DNA of 11,064 nt, taken from Promethearchaeota archaeon (GTDB lineage: Archaea; Asgardarchaeota; Lokiarchaeia; Sigyniarchaeales; SOKP01). The notes beneath the pieces are model-generated. The model did not search any database. It was given only the letters and a program-made list of their open reading frames with translations, and was not told the DNA's origin. Positions 7,369 to 11,064 of this stretch are shown one piece after another; positions within the stretch are counted from its first letter, which is position 1, and the number at the start of each line of letters is the position of its first letter. The stretch covers positions 1 through 11,064 of the forward strand of contig JAEOTS010000182.1 in assembly GCA_016839745.1 (NCBI GenBank), written 5' to 3'. The translations under genes were made by a program, and so were the position numbers.

Positions 7369-8117
7369 TATCTCCCCCGAGTTGTTAAAAATTCCTCGTA
7401 AATTTTTTCCACTTCGCTTTTAGGAACTTCACCTTGGGAGTTATTTGTCGATTCAAGCTTATACTCTTCTCTGGCTATTAGCTTGTCTAAATCCAAATCT
7501 TCTCGAACGCTTTTGATGTATCGATTAATCGTATTTTCTACGCTGGATTGCTCTTTATCGAAAGTGTTAATTACAGAATGATTGAATAAAGCGTAAGGAA
7601 ATGTAAATCCAAAAGATATGAATTGAAAAAAATAACCAGGACCAATCGAAAAGTAAAATGTAACTTCTAAATCGTAATCGTAGTATAATAAAAATGGATA
7701 ATAAAGACCGTTAGGTAGTAAGAAAAACAGTGGATATATTAATACAAAGAAACCAATTAAGGTTACTAGAGATAAGTTAATAAAATTAAATTTCCTTACT
7801 TTTAATAAATTATCTCCTCGTTCTACATCGTGGAATAGCACTGAGTAGGCAGATAAGAACAGTATGATTATAAACGCGATTACAATAGCAATAGGCATTG
7901 TAGCATTTTTTGGTTGGTAAACTTCGTTGAATAAAGCGCCTTTGGAAAAGGGAGTGCTCCAATCAAACAATGCGCTATAAATCCAATACACCACTGTTTC
8001 ACCAGAAACCTCACTTATTCCTTGAAGATAATACCAATCTAAAAATACGGAAACAAATCCTAGCAGTAACCCAATTACAAATAGTATTTTGTATACTGAC
8101 TTAAAATTTATCGACAT
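7368..8117 (-). CDS. Hypothetical 4-TM membrane protein with a charged cytoplasmic tail
   Basis: 249-aa ORF. TM1 ILFVIGLLLGFVSVFL is followed by DWYY and a ~45-aa loop, then TM2 and TM3. TM4 is preceded by SIGPGY, and the C-terminal tail is helical and acidic. Confidence 0.85.
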   Translation of the reverse strand: MSINFKSVYKILFVIGLLLGFVSVFLDWYYLQGISEVSGETVVYWIYSALFDWSTPFSKGALFNEVYQPKNATMPIAIVIAFIIILFLSAYSVLFHDVERGDNLLKVRKFNFINLSLVTLIGFFVLIYPLFFLLPNGLYYPFLLYYDYDLEVTFYFSIGPGYFFQFISFGFTFPYALFNHSVINTFDKEQSSVENTINRYIKSVREDLDLDKLIAREEYKLESTNNSQGEVPKSEVEKIYEEFLTTRGR

Positions 8118-8139
8118 TTTGAACTAAACTCTTATATTT

Positions 8140-8151
8140 CCTATATATAGG
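8140..8151 (-). promoter_or_regulatory. Palindromic TATA box CCTATATATAGG, putative leaderless promoter of the four-gene operon
   Basis: Perfect 12-bp palindrome. TATATATA ends 24 nt upstream of the ATG at 8117, and no SD precedes that ATG. Confidence 0.55.
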
Positions 8152-8173
8152 CTTTAAGTGGTTACGAGTATAT

Positions 8174-8216
8174 AAAGAAAAAATTTAGAGTAGCCTCCAT
8201 TGAAATATATGAGGCT
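8174..8216 (-). terminator. Hairpin plus T-tract after the 604-aa gene
   Basis: Directly after TAG the minus strand reads AGCCTC-13 nt-GAGGCT, then ACTCTAAA-TTTTTTCTTT. Confidence 0.5.
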
Positions 8217-10031
8217 CTAATCTTCTAAAAACGAGAGGTATTTATTGTTGAATTTCGAGTTATCTAACGAAACGCCCTCTTCCATTTCTTCATTTGATTC
8301 GAGTATTCCTTGAGAATCAATTTGAATCTGTTTTACATCTACGCTACTTATAAAGCTGTCTTTTTCGATCTGTTCCAATACCTTATAAATTTTTTCTTTT
8401 CCGAAACACTCGTATCCAAATTGGGCCATATGCTCAGTTGTGAATAGATCTTTAAACTCTAATAAATCGGTTTCGCTAAATTCTAAGTTCTGCATGTAAT
8501 AGGGCGTTTCAAATTCTATTGCGAGCTCCTTTTTTGTTCTGTAAAACTTAAAATATAAGTAAGCTAATATTGAAAGATAAATCCCTACGATAGCAAACCC
8601 TATGCTGTTAAACAATCTCAAAAGGAAGAAAAATTCGGCGAAATAAATAACAGCTAACGCTATAGCGTAACCTACCAATGGAATCGAGGCAATCCGTACG
8701 TTGGTTCTAAACTTTTCGTTCGTTTTTTGATAATTCTTAATAGTATTCGGACTTTTTACGCGAGATTCAATTAATCTGTATTTTTGCTCTAAGAAACCTA
8801 ATAGTGGGGATAAATCTGGTTGATGAATAATGTGAATGTTGGTGTTTCTCTGATATGGAAAAGAAATTGATTTTTCCATACATCTCGGGGGTGTTTTACA
8901 GAGCATTATTGGCTCGATTAACACCTTATATTGAGTTTGACCAGATATGAAAAAAAGCTTCTTGTTTTTTGCGCTTTTTTCTAGCGTTAGGCTTACTTGC
9001 AAATATTTTTGAAAGAACTCTCGGAATTTTCTGTTGTTAACTATATCGTCGAATATTAAATCTCTTGTATTTAACAGATTTTTGCAATCATTTCTTAATC
9101 TGCTCATAGACTCGGTTTTGTTAACATTTGATCTTGTATTAAAAGTTAATTCAGTTTCGTCAACTAACACAGTTCCCTCCAAGTTGCAAATCTTAATAGG
9201 GATTATAAAAATATGGTTTACCCATTTAGAAACGCGAACAAGCTTACATCCGATGTAGTCGATATTCTCTATAAAAGGATTTAAGGCGCTTATTGTTTTT
9301 GGAATCGAGTAATATCCTGAATTTTCTAATGATTTTTCGATTTTTATTTTGATTTTTTCTCTCTCATCTCGTATGGTTGACATTTTTCGAATTTTTTCAG
9401 CTTCTAAAATCCCAGTTATATCTGGAACAAAAGAGATTTCTTCACGAGAATCTTCTTCTAATTCTTCTAATACAGGTCCTTCAACCATAAAAGATTCTTC
9501 ATTGAATATATTATCGCTCTGTTCCTGAGGGGGCTCAAGTTGTTCTTGGATTTCCTCAAATTTTAATTCAGGTTCTTTTGAAGAACATTCTGAATTGAAG
9601 GGATGAGAAGCTGTAAGTCGAGAATAATTAAATTTATTATCAAACCAAGGCTCTTGAGTAGTTTCGATGGGTTCTTCTTTTTTTTGGAACTCTTCCTGTG
9701 GAAACTCCTCCTCTACGATAACTTCAGCAACATCGAAGGTTTTAATATTATCTACTTCAGTTTCCTTTTCTTCACCAAGAAGATTTTTTGCTTCCGTAAT
9801 AAATTTATACGCCGTTGTAATGTTAATACCTGGAATTTCAGAAAGTACATCGGGTGAAACATCCGCAAGTTGTTTATAAGTGTAAATGTTGACCATATTT
9901 AACTTTAGAGCAATATCCAAACCAATACCTTCAATTTCAGTTAGAATGTCGGCAGTTTTGGGCGAAATATAAGATTTATCTTTAGCGTTTTCGATAATCC
10001 ATTTCTGAGAATTTTCAAATATATTTGTCAT
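8217..10031 (-). CDS. Membrane-anchored helix-hairpin-helix protein: (HhH)2, acidic linker, degenerate PD-(D/E)xK-like domain, 2 TM
   Basis: aa 30-85 LTEIEGIG..A.KL...I.T...LA......LSEIPGIN..TA..FI..A is a tandem HhH of the RadA/Rad51 N-terminal type. Glu-rich linker at aa ~86-215 and TM hairpin at aa ~447-494. The nuclease-fold call is tentative. Confidence 0.85.
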   Translation of the reverse strand: MTNIFENSQKWIIENAKDKSYISPKTADILTEIEGIGLDIALKLNMVNIYTYKQLADVSPDVLSEIPGINITTAYKFITEAKNLLGEEKETEVDNIKTFDVAEVIVEEEFPQEEFQKKEEPIETTQEPWFDNKFNYSRLTASHPFNSECSSKEPELKFEEIQEQLEPPQEQSDNIFNEESFMVEGPVLEELEEDSREEISFVPDITGILEAEKIRKMSTIRDEREKIKIKIEKSLENSGYYSIPKTISALNPFIENIDYIGCKLVRVSKWVNHIFIIPIKICNLEGTVLVDETELTFNTRSNVNKTESMSRLRNDCKNLLNTRDLIFDDIVNNRKFREFFQKYLQVSLTLEKSAKNKKLFFISGQTQYKVLIEPIMLCKTPPRCMEKSISFPYQRNTNIHIIHQPDLSPLLGFLEQKYRLIESRVKSPNTIKNYQKTNEKFRTNVRIASIPLVGYAIALAVIYFAEFFFLLRLFNSIGFAIVGIYLSILAYLYFKFYRTKKELAIEFETPYYMQNLEFSETDLLEFKDLFTTEHMAQFGYECFGKEKIYKVLEQIEKDSFISSVDVKQIQIDSQGILESNEEMEEGVSLDNSKFNNKYLSFLED

Positions 10032-10059
10032 AGGGATCGAAGATCAAATAAGTCACCTA

Positions 10060-10106
10060 TATTTAAACAAAAAAATAGAATCATCAAAAGAATTTTTGTT
10101 TAAATA
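10060..10106. promoter_or_regulatory. Perfect 14-bp inverted repeat carrying two outward-facing TATA boxes
   Basis: TATTTAAACAAAAA (10060-10073), a 19-nt spacer, then TTTTTGTTTAAATA (10093-10106). The minus-strand TTTAAATA ends 28 nt upstream of the ATG at 10031. Confidence 0.7.
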
Positions 10107-10140
10107 AGTTCTATATATTAATTATTAGATACACCCTAGA

Positions 10141-10231
10141 TAGCTCCTGCCAAATTTTAGCCCAAAATGTCATAAACATCTGTCTTCACTGATTCTTATT
10201 AAAAGGGCTCCTACTTTGGCAAGAGCACTAC
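10141..10231. ncRNA. Candidate structured RNA or cis-regulatory element (strand uncertain)
   Basis: A 12-bp outer stem (10143-10154 with 10215-10226) and a nested 5-bp stem (AGCCC 10159-10163 with GGGCT 10205-10209), GC-richer than the flanks. A T8 run follows at 10232-10239. Confidence 0.4.
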
Positions 10232-10300
10232 TTTTTTTTCTTTATATTTGGATGTAATTTAAGTGAATATAATAGAACTTGGTGATTGTAAATCTCATTA

Positions 10301-11064
10301 ATGAAATTTACTGACTTGGAAACCGTTAAGAAAGAGGAAAAAGAAGAGGAAATTTTTCAATACATTAGCGACGAGAGAATTTTAAGAGTTCTTTTAGAGT
10401 TAAAAATATTTAAGTTAAGGGAGATACAGAAAGAAGCCATAAGAAAAGGTGTTTTTTTTCAAAAGTCCTTTTTAGTCTGTGCTCCTTCAGGATCTGGTAA
10501 AACTCTAATAGGTGAGATCTGCGCCGTTAATAATGTATTCCAAAAGTTCGGTAAAAGTATCTACCTTGTACCTTATAAAGCGTTGGCAACAGAGAAATAT
10601 GTCCATTTTAAAAAAAGTTACGAACGGTTTGGAATTAAGGTTGAACTATCAATAGGCGACTACGATGTAGACGATTCAAGATTGGAACAAGCGGACATTT
10701 TAGTTACTACTTATGAAAAAATGGATTCAATTTTGCGAAATTTTAGCGATAAAGAGTGGATTTTCGATATATCCACCATAATCATTGACGAGATTCACAT
10801 ACTAGGTGATGCTAGTGGATCTCGTGGCCCGCGCTTGGAGTCGTTGATAGTGAGGTTAAACGAGTTTTTGAAGAACCCACAAATTATAGGTCTTTCAGCA
10901 ACGATAGCTAATCCTGAATTCTTTAACCAATGGCTTTCCTCTCTTGGAAATAAAACAACGCTTATAACCTCAGATGTCCGACCTGTTCCTCTCCAATATA
11001 GGATCGAAATTACCCAAAATAAAGATTCCACTATTAAAAAAATAATCAAGGCTACCTTAGATAA
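10301..11064 (+). CDS. hel308: Hel308/Hjm (Ski2-like) SF2 DExH helicase, N-terminal part (runs off the window; absent from the ORF track)
   Basis: Hand translation from ATG 10301 shows the Q motif LREIQ, motif I APSGSGKT (10481-10504), YLVPYKALATEK, SIGDYD, TTYEKMDS, motif II DEIH (10787-10798), RGPRLE, motif III LSATIAN and RPVPL. It could be a paralog rather than the housekeeping copy. Confidence 0.92.
   Translation, partial: MKFTDLETVKKEEKEEEIFQYISDERILRVLLELKIFKLREIQKEAIRKGVFFQKSFLVCAPSGSGKTLIGEICAVNNVFQKFGKSIYLVPYKALATEKYVHFKKSYERFGIKVELSIGDYDVDDSRLEQADILVTTYEKMDSILRNFSDKEWIFDISTIIIDEIHILGDASGSRGPRLESLIVRLNEFLKNPQIIGLSATIANPEFFNQWLSSLGNKTTLITSDVRPVPLQYRIEITQNKDSTIKKIIKATLD

Noticed and set aside
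4653-9879. Plus-strand ORFs 4653-4871, 9034-9258, 9603-9857 and 9667-9879
   Set aside because: They are short antisense shadows lying wholly inside long minus-strand genes.
2352-10031. Active conjugative or integrative element
   Set aside because: No integrase, relaxase, att repeat or tRNA is visible in the window, and the VirB4-like protein lacks its Walker residues.
8217-10031. RadA or ComEA annotation for the HhH protein
   Set aside because: No RecA-type ATPase domain follows the HhH, and the domain order and topology differ from ComEA.
10141-10231. SECIS, C/D or H/ACA guide RNA identity for the structured element
   Set aside because: GUGAAGA/AUGA only loosely resemble C/D boxes, no ACA follows the stem, and there is no adjacent in-frame-UGA selenoprotein gene. 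It is kept only as an unassigned candidate.
10795-11049. Minus-strand 84-aa ORF
   Set aside because: It is antisense to the motif II-III region of the Hel308 helicase.
1-11064. CRISPR array, tRNA, rRNA or transposase
   Set aside because: I found no regularly spaced repeats, cloverleaf or rRNA-like segments, or transposase motifs.

Overview
AT-rich, archaeal-type DNA, judged from TATA-box promoters, GAGGTG(A) Shine-Dalgarno sites, oligo-T terminators and a Hel308-type helicase. The gene set suggests an Asgard/Lokiarchaeia-like host, which is an inference. The left part holds the 3' end of an unknown gene, a wHTH + CNCCxCCC + 2x[4Fe-4S] protein, a frameshifted small helical gene (1430-1763) and a 4-TM membrane protein. 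A co-oriented minus-strand cluster follows (2352-10031). In transcription order it encodes a membrane-anchored (HhH)2 + degenerate PD-(D/E)xK-like protein, a 4-TM protein, a helical HEPN-like protein with a C-terminal membrane anchor, a 1258-aa membrane-anchored HerA/VirB4-like protein with degenerate Walker A and B, and a 126-aa protein. The 126-aa protein appears to start at ATA and is a paralog of the 1430-1763 gene. A Hel308/Ski2-like helicase missed by the ORF track is transcribed divergently from 10301. The spacer holds a perfect 14-bp inverted repeat built from back-to-back TATA boxes and a ~90-nt structured RNA candidate. The best candidate for an undescribed system is this membrane-bound cluster of apparently inactivated nucleic-acid enzymes, loosely reminiscent of Ced/T4SS DNA-transfer machinery. 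All domain calls are from reading motifs by eye, not from database searches.
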